A DNA stretch of 64,000 nucleotides from Macrostomum hystrix (GCA_950097015.1 CATNEN010000008.1:3782001-3846000); one strand, 5' to 3'; counted from the first letter of the stretch, positions 11,760 through 24,404 are shown. Numbers and translations: made by a program. The notes: generated by a model not told the origin, from the letters alone.

Positions 11760-12210
11760 TCGCCAGCCAAGTTCTTGGGAATGCCCGGCCTGGACCCTGA
11801 CTTGCCGAGACCAGAGATCGCCGATGACGATCCAGCAGCGTTTTTCAAGCCGTTTCTGACCGTTGGCCTGCTGCAACAACACCCCGCGATTGGACCAATG
11901 CGCGGGCGTGGCGTAAATTCGATGAGCTGAAAGCGTCGCTATTGGAGCAAGGCTGATTTCTACGCGACACTTTTTTCAACAAATCGCTTGCCTAACAACA
12001 GACAGCTACCAACAGATCAGTAGCCTACTGCGATTCTATGACCACAACAAATGGCGAGACCACTTATTGCGCGTGTAGCTGAGATTCGTCGCAGTGTTTA
12101 CATGCTAGAAAAGGAAATTAGCGTCGACGAAGAGCTAGTCCTGTACAGGCGTCGCGTCATGTTTCGTCAGTATATTCCATCTAAGAGAGCGCGATATGGT
12201 ATTGTCTTTG
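11760..12210 (+). pseudogene. piggyBac-like transposase relic
   Basis: Broken frames give FLGMPGLDPDLP..DDDPAAFFKPFLT, LLRFYDHN and ISVDEELVLYRRRVMFRQYIPSKRARYGI, matching the piggyBac DDD-domain first-Asp region. No intact ORF or TTAA-flanked ends found. Confidence 0.7.
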
Positions 12211-13581
12211 CGAGGCTAGATCTGGTTGCGTCAGCAACTTCTTAGTACATTCTAGCAGGGCTGAGAAGGAGCGATTCTGCCGAGGTCTCGCGTGTGGCGG
12301 CTTGTCTCTGAGTGAAAGGTTCCTACTGGAAGCAGTTAGGTACGTATTAGATTTAGGATGTCATGTCTTCTGCGGATCGTATCGTCTTGTGATGTATCTG
12401 CTGCAGCGGAGCTGCTGACTTGCACAGTTCGTGCCGATCGCGGTGTGCCAGATGGTCTTCGAGGTATCCATGGAAACCAAGCTCCAGGCAGCTCGTTTAT
12501 GCGCAGAGGAAACGTGCTGGCATTAAAAATAATCGAAAGGAAGAGCTCGGGCCTAAAAAAGTCATTTCCTCGACACACAAGGCGTTGCCCAGCTTCACCT
12601 GAAGGCAGGTCATCGAGCAGAGGCCGCAGACAGTCGTATCATACAACATATTTGTGGGTGATGTCGACAGGCTGGACTCTGCCTTGCAGCCGTACAAACA
12701 AGCACACTATCTTTGCTATATTTGCTCGTGCCTAACTATTTTTGTCTCCAGGTGCAATTTCTAATTTTAGTCCTATTTATTAATGCCAGAAGCTTCTATG
12801 CTGATGCAGTTACAGAGTGAGACTTTTTTGTTTACGCAAATATGTAAGCCTTCTAATCCTAAATATAGATCGAAAATACTGCCTGTTGTTGCTTTTCTGT
12901 CACAAATAGATCCTGGAAATGAGCAGTAAAAATTGAATTAGAAAATATCTGACACCAAATTTGCATTTGAAGTTGCGAATTTCAAAGATCGGGTTGAAAA
13001 CTTGATTTTGAGTGCAAGTATTGAATATCGAGTAGTATTGAATAGTACTGTCTCTAGTAGACGGTCTCTGGGTAGCACTAGCAGTCGCGCCATGTGTCCT
13101 AACCTGTACAGCAATTTCACTTGAAGATGGATTTTAATGAACGCTTCTGTGTGAGCCAAGTTTGTGGGCCAGTGAGGTAAGGGCATAGTTTAGTAGTTAC
13201 GTGTCGCTCAGGTTTGAGACTGGCGCAGGACAATCGAGAGTAGCTCTGTTTTTGTGCAACAACACGTCCAAGGCCAGGAGCAGCCCTAGCTGGTTGACTA
13301 TGTGCAAAATTGCTTTGCATTCGGAGTGGCGCCCAGGTGGGCTGTTGTAAGGAGAGAGAGAATCTACCAATAATATATCCGCCATTCTGCTGCCTCGACT
13401 GTACATCTCTTGCCTTGCTTTCCTCTCTCTCTCACTCCAAGCCCATGGAACTTAAGCTCCGGCCAACACAATATACGAGCTGACACCAAAAAGGCTTCTC
13501 TACTCGTTTTGGAACTCCGAACTCTCTTCAATATTTTCTGTTGGCCTGCTTTACTTTTAGTTATCGACTAAGGAAGTAGCT

Positions 13582-16500
13582 ATGTTGCACGCTATTAAGC
13601 CAATGATTTGGCAGGCCCTGCAGACACTGAAGGAGGCCAATGAGGATACGGTGAAGCGATCCAAACTGCAGGTGAGTCGGCTTTCAAACTCGGTTTGGTG
13701 GGAGTCATCTGGATTTTCAGTCAGTCTAAGGTTCGCCTATTCACTATGGCCTGTGTCGGTTTAGTTTTTCTGTGCTTTCATCGTGTTGGTTGCGAATTAA
13801 GTCTCCCACGTGGTGATTTATAGTCATATTGACAGGGGGCTGTGGGCAGTGAAATAAGTTGAAATTGGGTAATCTAAAATGATTTTGTAAGCCTTCATGG
13901 TTATCAGTATTCGGTAAAATAGATTTTTCTAACCCGCAGGTGTTGTCCCACAACCTGTCAGCTGACGGGGTGCTTTCCGAACTTTTGAGCAAATTCGATG
14001 CCAGCGCTCCAAAAGACATGGAGACTATCGACACCCGTCTGTACATTGACACGGTCATTCACGAAGCCGTCGAGACTCTGGTCAAGAAGACCGAGAAGGA
14101 GCAGAAGATCTGCGTGGAGAGAGTGCACGAGGTGTGCTGGGCGCTGTGCCGGCCGCAGCTGAAGGTCATCCAGCTGTCTATGCTGACGGAGGAGAGCACG
14201 AAGATCTGGTGGAAGATATTCACGACCTTCGCCGAGAGGGACAGCCAGAATGTGCGAACCCTCTATCCGGTGGTCATGGACTGGGAGGAGGTAGACTACT
14301 GGGCCAACGTGGTGCTCAAGGTCATGGCCCTGCCGACCAACACGATGAGTCGGAAGGAGCGAGACGTGATGGGTCATTCGGTGCTGACGTTCCAGGACGC
14401 TCTGGTTCGATTCAACGCCAAGCTGAACGAGAACAACGGCATGTACGTGCTGGATAATGACAAACCGGATCTCAAGTACATCGAAAACGCGATGCAGGAG
14501 CTCAACATCCGCCTGTTCGAGGGCATCCATCTGAATGTAAGTCTGTCACTGTGGTTGGGTTTTATCACCTAGTCAGAGCTCAGAACAAGACCTTGGACGC
14601 TCAACTGTGACGCTGAACGTTTGCTCAACAGAATAAGTTATCGGGACAGTAATTGTGCTTTAGTATGTCTGTTATATCAGAGAATGGTATATTCTGAGGA
14701 TCTGAGAATGGTAGATCAATCTGAGGATCTGAGAATGGTAGATCAATCTGAGGATCTGAGAATGGTAGATCAATCTGAGGATCTGAGAATGGTAGATCAA
14801 TCTGAGGATCTGAGAATGGTAGATCAATCTGAGGATCTGAGAATGGTAGAAATTTAGTACACAGTAGGGGGATCAGTGGCAGAGCGGTTAACGCGTGTGC
14901 CTCTCGCACCAAGGTCCCTGAGCTCGATTCCGTGGCGAGGCCACAATAAATTGGAGCGCAGCAGCGGAGAGAAGGCTTGGGGGCTTTTCGTGCAATTTAC
15001 GCCATTGAGGGCCAACCTTCAAGGCACAAGACACGTGTTCAAGACACGCTTACAAACTTGTGTGAGCGTGTGCCTGTGTACAGTATCTGTGTGCGTGTGT
15101 GCTCAGGAGTCAGCGGAATGAGCAGAATTCCCTCCTTGCTGGGTGCGGGTCTAGTGTCACTAAATGATGCGCCATCGCCCGCAGCCCTCCTGCAAATGTT
15201 ATTATACAACTATTATGTAGACAGTAACAGTATAGTTACGACAAGCATATTTTACACCTGTCCGACTGTGAGCCAGTTCTGCACAAACCCCCAAACTAAC
15301 CCCAGGGCTTCCTGCTGCCAGTGAAGAGGAACCACACGCAGCATCCGAAGTGGTGCGTCCTGTATCAGCTGGGCATGGCGTTCGCGGACAACCCCGCCGA
15401 AGTGGACAGCAGCAACACCAAAGCCTTCATTCCCATTGGAGAGAGCACCGAGGTGACGCCAATCTACGACAAAAACCAGCGCCCGGTCCGCTTCCAGCTG
15501 AAGAACGGCAAAGAGTCTGATCTAATATTTGAGGCTAATAATATTTCCATCAGGAACAAATGGGTTACAGGTTAGAACTAACTAATTATTCTTGGTGTTC
15601 CTTTATTCTTACCCGCGCAAGGTCGAGTCCGACCTAGCCGGGTTGAAATTATTCAGTTTGCACAGGCGACATTCGGCCTCTCAAAAGCATGCCTTAACAG
15701 TAGAAATATCACGGGGGTATTTCAAATACCCACTGCCTACTTCACGACAGCTCCCAAACCAAATGACCCATTTTCGTGAAATCGGTCATTTGGTGGTCTG
15801 ATTGATGGTCTATATTGATAGTCTTTGCTACTAGGCAGCCCGACAGGGGGGGGTGAGTGGCAGAGCGGTTATCGCGTTTGCCTCTCGCACCACGGTCCCT
15901 AAGTTCGATTCCACGACGAGGCCACATTTACGTCGTATTTGGGGCGCAGCCGCGGAGAGAAGGCTTTGTGGCTTGTCGTGCAATTGACGCCCTTGAGGGC
16001 CAACCTCCAAGGCACAGTGAAGTGTACACTGCCTGACGATGAGAAAGTCAGGGCAGATGTACACACCTGTGTGAGCGTATGCCTGCGTACAGTATTTGTG
16101 TGCGTGTGTGCTCAGGAGTCAGCGAAATGGGCAGAATTGCCTCCTCGCTGGCTGCGGGTCTAGTGTCACCAAATGATGTGCCATTGCCCGCAGCCCTCCT
16201 GCAATTATTATTATTATTAGGCAGCCCGACTAGAAAATTTAGAAAACTTTAGGTATTAGAAATAGCCCTGTAGTCTTTCTATTCAAGGTTAATCGGCCAA
16301 TTTAACAAATTATCCCCTTTGTTAGTAAATGAAACTAAAAAAGTAACCCAATGTCTAAAAAGAATCCCATTAGTTATCTAGATCACATGAGTACAATTAC
16401 GGGTAAATAATGTAGTTTTTCATAAGGAATCACATTTTTTTTCATTTTATCCCTGAATTCATTCACCGTCATCCAGCCATCATCTGCCTGAAGCACGGCA

Positions 16501-19500
16501 AGCTACCGGACTACGAGAAGGACTTCATCAACCGCCGGAAGACCCGCATCAGAAACCGCATTTTCGAGGCTGATGCCAAGGAGACAATGCGGCAGCAGAA
16601 GGAGCGAACGAAAAGGGTGAGAAAGTAGCTGTTTAATTTTCAATTTTGTAGCGATCAACTACTGGCAGTAGAAAGTGCAGGAAGGGTCTAGATCAGTGAC
16701 GAGCGAGTCACCCAAGCGGCGCGAACTCGGCGTTTCGTCGACTGCCTGCTGGCTGACGCTGACGCCCCGGCCTCTACCGGTGGTGCGGCCTTTATTCTCG
16801 TCCAGGCTCTGAAGCGCGCCCGGTGACGCTGCCTTTTCAATATTGACAGCGTATATTGTTGTTGCTGTAGTTGTTGTTGGGAAGTGAAGCATTTCAAATA
16901 TCAACAGATTTCTTTTTTCCATATCTCCCAAAATATTCAACCAACACTCACGTGCTCCTTCTCAGGGAGAAATATAGCGTGACCTTTCTACCGTTAAAAG
17001 AAAAACGATTGGACAAACAGACACAGTTTAATTTTTCGCCGTCGGAGTCGATAAGAGCTTCGAGCATCCTCATCCTGACTGCTTACCTGAGCACACAGTC
17101 TCCATCCCTCTCGTGATCCCGCAGCAAGTGGAGGACATGGCCCGCGCCATGGAGCACGAGCGCGAGCTGCACCAGCAGGAGGCAAAGAATCTGCGCGAGG
17201 CCACCACCGAGCAGCTGCAGGAGCGAATCAGAGAGCACGACTGTCGAATGGCGGCCCTGATGCGCCAGATGACGGAACTCGGCGAGCAGTACGCAGCCGA
17301 GCAGGCGTGCCTGATTGATAAGCACGAGCGCGAGATGCAGCAGATGGCGCAGCAGCACGGCGACCAGCTTGTGGTGCAGAACGAGCTGCAACTGGAGGCT
17401 GCCAAACTGAAGGAGCAGCTCGAGGCGGAGCGCCAGGCTCACGAGGTGATTCTTTCACCGGAGCTGATAGCTCTATTATATTTGTTCGGGAAATGGCCAG
17501 TTAGCTGCTTGCCTGGGGTCCGTAAGTTTACCTTGGGTGTCAGGTGTTTACCTTGGGTGTCAGGTGCTGACCTCAGGTACCTTGGTTGTCAGGTGTTTAC
17601 ATTGAGTCTAAGGTGTTTACATTGAGTCTAAGGTGTTTACATTGAGTCTAAGGTGTTTACATTGAGTCTAAGGTGTTTACATTGAGTCTAAGGTGTTTAC
17701 ATTGAGTCTAAGGTGTTTACATTGAGTCTAAGGTGTTTACATTGAGTCTAAGGTGTTTACATTGAGTCTAAGGTGTTTACATTGAGTCTAAGGTGTTTAC
17801 ATTGAGTCTAAGGTGTTTACATTGAGTCTAAGGTGTTTACATTGAGTCTAAGGTGTTTACATTGAGTCTAAGGTGTTTACATTGAGTCTAAGGTGTTTAC
17901 ATTGAGTCTAAGGTGTTTACATTGAGTCTAAGGTGTTTACATTGAGTCTAAGGTGTTTACATTGAGTCTAAGGTGTTTACATTGAGTCTAAGGTGTTTAC
18001 ATGGGGTCTCAGCTTTTTAATTAGGGTGTAAGCCGCAGTCAGTTTTCCTGTAGTCTCAGCTGTTTGCCTATGCAAGTTTATCTTACGAGAAAGTTTAAAT
18101 TTTAGTTTTTTAATATCAAATCACATCGGAACATTCATAATTTGCCTTTCTCCTCGGGGTCAGTGGAATAAGCAGCTACATCAGCTGCAGTGTTACTCAC
18201 CTGGTCAACTCCTCTTGAATTTCAGCGGGAATTGAAGAAACGCGACACCAGAATTGAAGAGCTCGAGAATGAGGTTCTCCGTCTGAACAACCTCTTGGAT
18301 AGTCTGAATAAGCAGAAAGAGGTCAGCCTAAAATGATAAAATGCAAAATATTTATATGACACATCATTTGGAGACACTTGACCCACAGTCAGCGAGGAGG
18401 CAATTCTGCCCATTCCTCTGACTCCTGAGCACACACGCACACAGATACTGTACGCAGGCACATGCTCACACTGACAGGTGTGTACATCTGCCCTGACTTT
18501 CTCATCGTCAGGTAGTGCACATTTCACTATGCCGTGGAGGTTGGCCCTCAATGGCGTACATTGCATGACAAGCCCCTAAAGCCTTCTCTCCGCGGCTGCG
18601 CCAAAATTCAAATGTGGCCTCGCCGCGGAATCGAGCTTAGGGACCTTGGTGCGAGAGTCAAACGCGCCAGACCACTCCGTCACTCACCTCCCTTTATATC
18701 TCTATGCCTTAAAATAATACTCCAAACTCGATGTCTGTCTTAGGAGTCGGACATGCGGCACAGCAATGAATCAAAGAAGGCAGCCTCTGAGCTGGCCGAG
18801 CAGCTTCAAGCCAATCACAAGCTCAGCCAGGAAGCTCAGCAACTGACCATCGAGCTCACGCAACTGCGGGACCAGGTGAAGGAGCTGGATGTGCTACGAA
18901 AGCACAATGAGGAGAGCAAGATCCAGATGGAACAGCTGACCCTGCAGAATGCTGAGCTATCAGAGAGAGCGGAAAAGTTCGAGGTTTGTCATCGATTGAT
19001 TTTTTCATAATCGCAGCGTGATCAATTGGGATCTATCAGATAAAAGAGACTGAAGAATGCCATTTAACTATTTGGGAATTCTCGAGATTAACTCTAAATG
19101 CTTTAAGTGTATAGATAGAATTATATGTATGGGTAGCGTCTGACTCAAGGACGCAAGTTGTTTCAATTTATATGGAATTCGAACTCCTGACCTTAGGGTA
19201 AGACCCCTGAAGTCCTACGCTCTAACCAATGGGCCACAAGGTCTCCATATCAACATTTTAACTTAAGCTACAAAAAATAAAGCTCTCTAAAAAATAAACG
19301 ATTCTGTATAGTTTCAAAAGTTCAGTTAGTAGCATTTTAGCTTATACTAGCTTCAATTCGACACTGATTTGTCACTACTTTATAGCGTTGAACAAATAAA
19401 TTACTGCTTTATAACCTTCAATACTAACAATACTGGATTCTAAAGCCGCTGTTAATTACAATACAAATTTTAAATATCAGTAACTGATTATGCACCGCAA

Positions 19501-20973
19501 TATGAGTAAAAATGATTTTATTTTTACGCGCTTAACAAAAAAAATAAATTGGCAAACACAAAACGCAGACCCAGATACGACAGAGCAGGACAAAGTATTT
19601 CGTCACCTCCCAGATCAGCGACGAGGATTTGGTGAGCACTTTTTAATTATATGAACCATTTAAATGCAACACCTTTCTCATGGAAGAATCTTGCACTAAG
19701 GTCCATGAGCTCGAATCTGCGGCGAGATCACATTCATTTTTGGGGCGCAGCCACGGAGAGATGGCTTTGGAAGGCTTTGCAATTTACGCCCTTGAGGGCC
19801 AACCTCCAAGGCACAGTGAGAGTGTACATTGCCTGACAATACACACCTGTTTGAGTGTGTGCCTGTGCCTGTGTACGGTATCTGTGTGCGTGTGTGCTTA
19901 GGAGTCAGTGCCCACAGCCTCTGCAAAATTAGTACTCATGGCGGGTCCAGTTCATTCTGTTTTGAATTGCATGCGTAACCATTGAAAACCTTATCATTGT
20001 TTTACTCAGATCCTGCAAAATGCGATCTTCAGCGAGACCGGGCTAAACCCGATGGAAAGACTGGTCAACGAGAATGTGAACGATTTCAATATTCAGACGA
20101 GCGGCAACGATGGTGGAACCAACTGAGAGAAACTTACCTGACCTAATTCAGTGTTACCTAACCAGGCGATCCATGCTGTGCTTTTCAGTGCAAACTCAGA
20201 GAGAGAGATCGAGGACATTGTCTGAGCAGGCTCCTGACATGCTCGGAACATGCTCCTGACATGCTCGGAACATGCTCGGAACATGCTCGGAACATGCTAC
20301 TGATATGCTCCTGACATGCTCCTGACATTCTCGGAACATGCTCCTGACATGCTCGGAACATGCTCGGAACATGCTCGGAAAATGCTCCTGACATACTCGG
20401 AATATGCTCCTGACATGCTCCTGACATGCTCCAGACATGCTCGGAACATGCTCCTGAACATGTTCTAGAAGTTTTCGAAACTAAAAGACAAAATGCAAAA
20501 TTATAATTTGAGAGTTTGAGATAGAAGCACTGAATTACATCGCTGATGCCTTGCAACAAATAAATTTCAGCTAAAATGAGTTCTTTGTAATCCTCATTAT
20601 TTCATTGCTTAATCTAGATTTATTTTCGCGTATAGATAACAGTGTTGCCAATAATATCATGATAACTATAGCAACTAATGCCATCATAGAGGTGTACACC
20701 TTTTTAACAAACAAGTTAACAATCATTCGGTAGGAGACCAAGCGAGATCTTCAAGCGGTCAGCAGCGCCAAGGACTCCATGGAGAAGCACTACGAGGCTC
20801 TGTTGTCAAAGTACTCGCAAAATGCCGCTGAAGGTATTGGCCACCGGGGCCCTGGCTTCAGCGCCACGGTGAAGCTGAGAAACAAACCAGAAAACTGAGA
20901 CTGCTGACTTATTTCTCTGACAGGTGTCACTATTAAAAATGCTTATGTTATCCCATCCGAAACTAACATATAA
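13582..20973 (+). CDS. SWAP70/DEF6-like protein (N-terminal EF-like region, PH domain, coiled coil)
   Basis: Exons 13582-13671, 13940-14536, 15306-15570, 16477-16616, 17125-17445, 18226-18321, 18744-18983, optional 20010-, 20734-20833, 20924-20973; phases consistent. IWQAL..RSKLQVLSHNL, VCWALC, LTEESTKIWWKIF and YPVVMDWEEVDY parallel SWAP70 IWHAF..KSQLKVLSHNL, MCWTLC, ITEEDAFKIWVIF and YPLII. PH exon runs GFLL..KWCVL..FEA..RNKWVT; a Q/E-rich coiled coil follows. 3' end ambiguous. Confidence 0.85.
14693..14830. repeat. 27-bp tandem repeat (TCTGAGGATCTGAGAATGGTAGATCAA), ~5 copies, intronic
   Basis: Direct tandem units. Confidence 0.93.
14866..15205 (+). mobile_element. SINE family A copy
   Basis: Head GGGGGATCAGTGGCAGAGCGGTTAACGCG..GAGCTCGATTCC and body colinear with 15845-16217. 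Confidence 0.88.
15845..16217 (+). mobile_element. SINE family A, full-length copy with TSD
   Basis: A box TGGCAGAGCGG, B box AAGTTCGATTCC, (ATT)n tail; 13-bp TSD TAGGCAGCCCGAC at 15832-15844 and 16218-16230. Confidence 0.93.
17590..18003. repeat. 20-bp intronic satellite (AGGTGTTTACATTGAGTCTA), ~20 identical copies
   Basis: Direct tandem units. Confidence 0.97.
18360..18690 (-). mobile_element. SINE family A copy
   Basis: Reverse complement of the family body and head. Confidence 0.85.
19135..19245 (-). mobile_element. SINE family B-like head fragment
   Basis: Reverse strand reads TGGCCCATTGGTTAGAGCG..GGAGTTCGAATTCC..TTGCGTCCTTGAG, like the 38087 copy. Confidence 0.6.
19695..19928 (+). 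mobile_element. SINE family A, degenerate copy
   Basis: AGGTCCATGAGCTCGAATC..GGCCAACCTCCAAGGCACAGTGAGAGTGTAC..GTGTGCTTAGGAGTCAG. Confidence 0.75.
20225..20460. repeat. 11-12-bp tandem repeat (ACATGCTCCTG / ACATGCTCGGA)
   Basis: Direct tandem units. Confidence 0.9.
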
Positions 20974-21418
20974 CTACTATTCTAGGCAATATTCGGATCA
21001 CAAAATCCAAGCTTTAAGCTATATATGACCTAATTTCAACTCTCATGTAATTTCATATCCAGTTCTGTAACGTTTAAAACTGTGTCCATGCAAAAAAGTA
21101 TACTCAAGCGCATAACGAAAACCGACCAACTTCAGGTACTCGTACTTAGTACCAATACTAACGAGTTGTGACTTTATGCTTTTTTGCTAGATTAGCTTGA
21201 CTATAAGACTTAGAAATCTGAAAGGAACTTTCAGCTTTGTACTTTAAAGTACTTTAATGAACTTTAAAAAAACGATGAGATGTAACAAGATGACACATAA
21301 CAATTCGAGAAACGAATGTACACTCTAAATAGAATAAAAATATGCTCGCTTGGAAGAATAAAAGTGAATTGTCTATGGTTCAAATCAAGAAACAACGATA
21401 CCTGTACGACTGAACCAA

Positions 21419-21708
21419 TGACCACTAGAAGAAGTAGGACGGGAAACTTCATTTCTTGGAAAATATATAATAGACTGATTTGCACTAGCGAGATACGAAA
21501 TTTTCAAGTTTGTTTAATGTTGATAACTTTTTATTGGAAGCAAATCAAATTCTGTTCTTTTATTCTTGAAAAACATGTTGCTTCAACAAGTTTTCGAATT
21601 TTTTAGAAAGAAATTTTTCCTATCTCACTTGTGCATTTTCCGTGAAAATCAGCCACTTACAAATTATCCAAGAAACGAAGTGTCCTGTCCTTCTTCTTCT
21701 AGTGGTCC
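21419..21708. mobile_element. Degenerate foldback MITE with long TIRs; solo arm at ~11280-11430
   Basis: GACCACTAGAAGAAG.. (21420) is the reverse complement of ..CTTCTTCTAGTGGTCC (21708), which is followed by TTAA. The same arm occurs at 11340-11430. Confidence 0.6.
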
Positions 21709-21805
21709 TTAAACGGAACGTGCAAGATTGCCAATCCTGTTAAGATTGCAAGAGTCAAACTAAATTTTCGATACTGGTATTACACAAGAACTATAAATAC
21801 AAGCT

Positions 21806-23683
21806 TTAGCTAACATTAGAATCAAAATCCTTCACACTGCTATAGGCTTTATGGTTGCTGGGAGATCGGAGACCTGTGTTCTCATCTTCCATCCCAGAAG
21901 CCACAGACGCCTGTGCCACCTCATCCACTGTCTGCATCATCGGCCTGTCCTTAGTGTCGAATGGAAGCAGAGCAGCCGCGATGGTACCTAGCATCGCAGC
22001 ACCTGCATAGACGAGCAGTCCGGCCATCACTGAGTAGTCGGCCAGCAGCACCTGAGCCACGAAAGGAGACAGCAAGGCTCCGATGCGGGACATTGCGCAG
22101 CAGACTCCCATGCCGAGGGTGCGGATGGTGGTGGGGTAGGCTTCGCTGCTGAAGATGTACGCGCTGATGAATGCAGCCTGGGAGCAGCCGCGACAGAGGA
22201 ACAGCAGCACGGCTAGAAGCTTCGGTGGCATGCAGAACAGCATGCAGACGAGAAGGACTGCCAGCAAGCCAGTGTTTGAGGCGATCACAGCTCGCCTACC
22301 GCAGGTGTCAATGAACAGGACAATAACCAGGTAGCCGAAGAACTCGCCGAGTGTGGCGAAGGCGGCTGTTGCGTAATCGGCGCTGCTCAGAGCCTGGCAG
22401 CAGTCGGAGCTGCTGAGTTTTTCCGGCGAGGCAGGACTAGTTTGAGCCGGATCTTGCAAGCATGCGTGCGGCAGTCCCGGCAGCTCCGTGGTGAGCAAGA
22501 CGACTCCATAGTAGAGAAAGCCGCAACAGAGCCAAAGTACGAGGCACAGCAACGTGAGCCTGTGGATTTCGTTGCAGAGGGAATCAGCCACTGTCCAAAT
22601 GGAAGGTCATAGTCTCAAACTGAAGCACTTGGCCTCCTACAAATCCACAGCCAGTAGACCCAATGCCAGTGAGAGGCAATTCTGCCCCATTCCGCTCACT
22701 CCTGAACATACACATACAGATCCCGTACGCATGCACGCACTCACACAGGTGTGTACATATGTGATTGCTTTCTTGTTGTCAGGCAGTGTACACCCTCGCG
22801 CTGTGCCTTGCCACCAAGTTTCATGACAAGCCACCAATCATTCACAGATTCAAGCTCAGGTACTTTTGTGTGTCCTTTCCCCATTTGTGCACCTGATCAT
22901 GGTTGGATTCGCAAACAGTCCTCTGAGATCCGCCCTTGCTGCCTTGGCTGCGGGACTGATAATTGGCCCCTCCAGTTCTGGACGCCCGTTGCACCTGGCG
23001 ACTCGGTTCAGCTGCTCAAGAGCTCTTTCGGGTCGCCCAGAGGCCAACAGAAACCTTGGCGACCGCGGAAGCCAGGCGAACAGCGGCAGCACGAGGAGCA
23101 TTGGGACCGAGGTGACGGCAAGCATTCTTCTCCACCCGTCAGGCTGCAGAACACCGTCAGAACCGAGGCTAAGCCAGGCGACGAAGACCTCAGCAAGGCC
23201 ACCAAGCGTCCAGAGAGACATTGTGCCCAGGATGAACGAGGCCCGATACTTGACGGGCATGAACTCGCCGGTCAAGGTGGCGTTCAGAGGAACGAGGCCG
23301 CCGATGGCGAAGCCAGCCAGTCCTCGCAGGACTAGGAGCCACGGAAAATTCGGCGACGCGGCCGACAGAGCTCCGTAGTAGGCGATCAGACAGGCGCTCA
23401 GCAGCATCGCATTCCATCGGCCGTATCGGTCGGAGATGCCGCCCAGAACCGGCGCACCGATCATTGCCCCGATGAAGACGCAGGTGGCCAGCCAGGCTAC
23501 CTGATTGGAGGACAGATGCCACTGGCACTGCACACTGCGGCCAAGGAATGACAGCAGGATCATCTCCATGGCGTCGGCAGCCTGCACCGTGCCGCAGACG
23601 GCCACCAGGCCGAGCTGGAAGCGACCGAAGCCGACTCGATCGATTGCTTGGTCAATTGTTAGACCGCGACTGTCTGAGGACAT
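21806..23683 (-). CDS. SVOP/SV2-related MFS transporter, copy A (514 aa)
   Basis: Exons 23683-22893 and 22559-21806, phase-2 GT-AG intron. Motifs IGFGRFQ, ADAMEM..LS, SDRYGR, GEF.P..YRA, LPRSPRFL, DTCGRR, SEAYPTTIR..G.G, PFDTK. Confidence 0.93.
22655..22812 (-). mobile_element. SINE family A fragment in the copy A intron
   Basis: GAGGCAATTCTGCCCATTCC..CACAGGTGTGTACAT..GTCAGGCAGTGTACAC. Confidence 0.75.
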
Positions 23684-24214
23684 CTTGTTAGTTGGAGTCA
23701 GAGCAGATCAGAAAAGGCCCTTTCACAATAGTGAACTTTTCTCGATTTAGTTAAGCTTTAACTGTTTATTGAACCTTTTATTCAGTGAAATGCGGCTCAC
23801 AGAACTCAACAGTTTCAATTCAACGATCGAAATAGAAAATTTGTAAGACTTCGTACCGACGCGCTTCACTGTCCGCTCATGTTCCTCTCAAACAGCTCCC
23901 ACTGAGAAGGCTTTCCCAGTGAGCATAGCCAATTGTACTTGGGTTGAGTTTGTCAGGCTGAATTAGAAAGAATGAATGTAGAGAGTCCCTTAAACAACAG
24001 CTCAAAGTTAAAATCGATCAGTGCTTTCATGAAAAAAGCTTAAGTATTCAATGTCTTATTGCAGGAGTAGTCCAGTTATCATAAACTGAACTCTGTGATA
24101 AAATCATAAATCTAATTCGACACTCCGCTAAGCCAAATGTTCGAGTTTTTTACACTTAATTATCGTGGAATCGTAGAAAGTCGTATCTTATTTTAAGGGC
24201 CAGATTGTATTGCC

Positions 24215-24310
24215 ACTGGCGCCTTCAAAAGCTGCGTACAGCAGTTTAGTCCATGGACTGGGGAGCCTACCCGAATTTCTACCCCAGCTGAGTGAACTGA
24301 AGGTCCCAAA
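24215..24310 (-). mobile_element. SINE family B fragment
   Basis: Reverse complement of CCCCAGTCCATGGACT.AAC.GCTGTACGCAG and TTCAGTTCAC.CAGCTG. Confidence 0.6.
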
Positions 24311-24404
24311 TTATTTCCAATGGCCTGAGATTGGAACTGTCGACCTCTCGGTCAGAAGTGATATATATGTAACTAAGTCTCCTCGCGCACTTGTTAAGTG
24401 GGGT

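Noticed and set aside
14866-14945. tRNA genes at A/B-box motifs (also 8762, 15845, 37317, 38087)
   Set aside because: Cloverleaf pairing is poor and each continues into a shared SINE body.
21399-21452. Signal-peptide-like exon MKFPVLLLLVVIGSVVQ|GT on the minus strand
   Set aside because: It is the TIR of the 21419-21708 MITE. The other copies have ACG instead of ATG, and the Leu run comes from (CTT)n. No convincing downstream exon.
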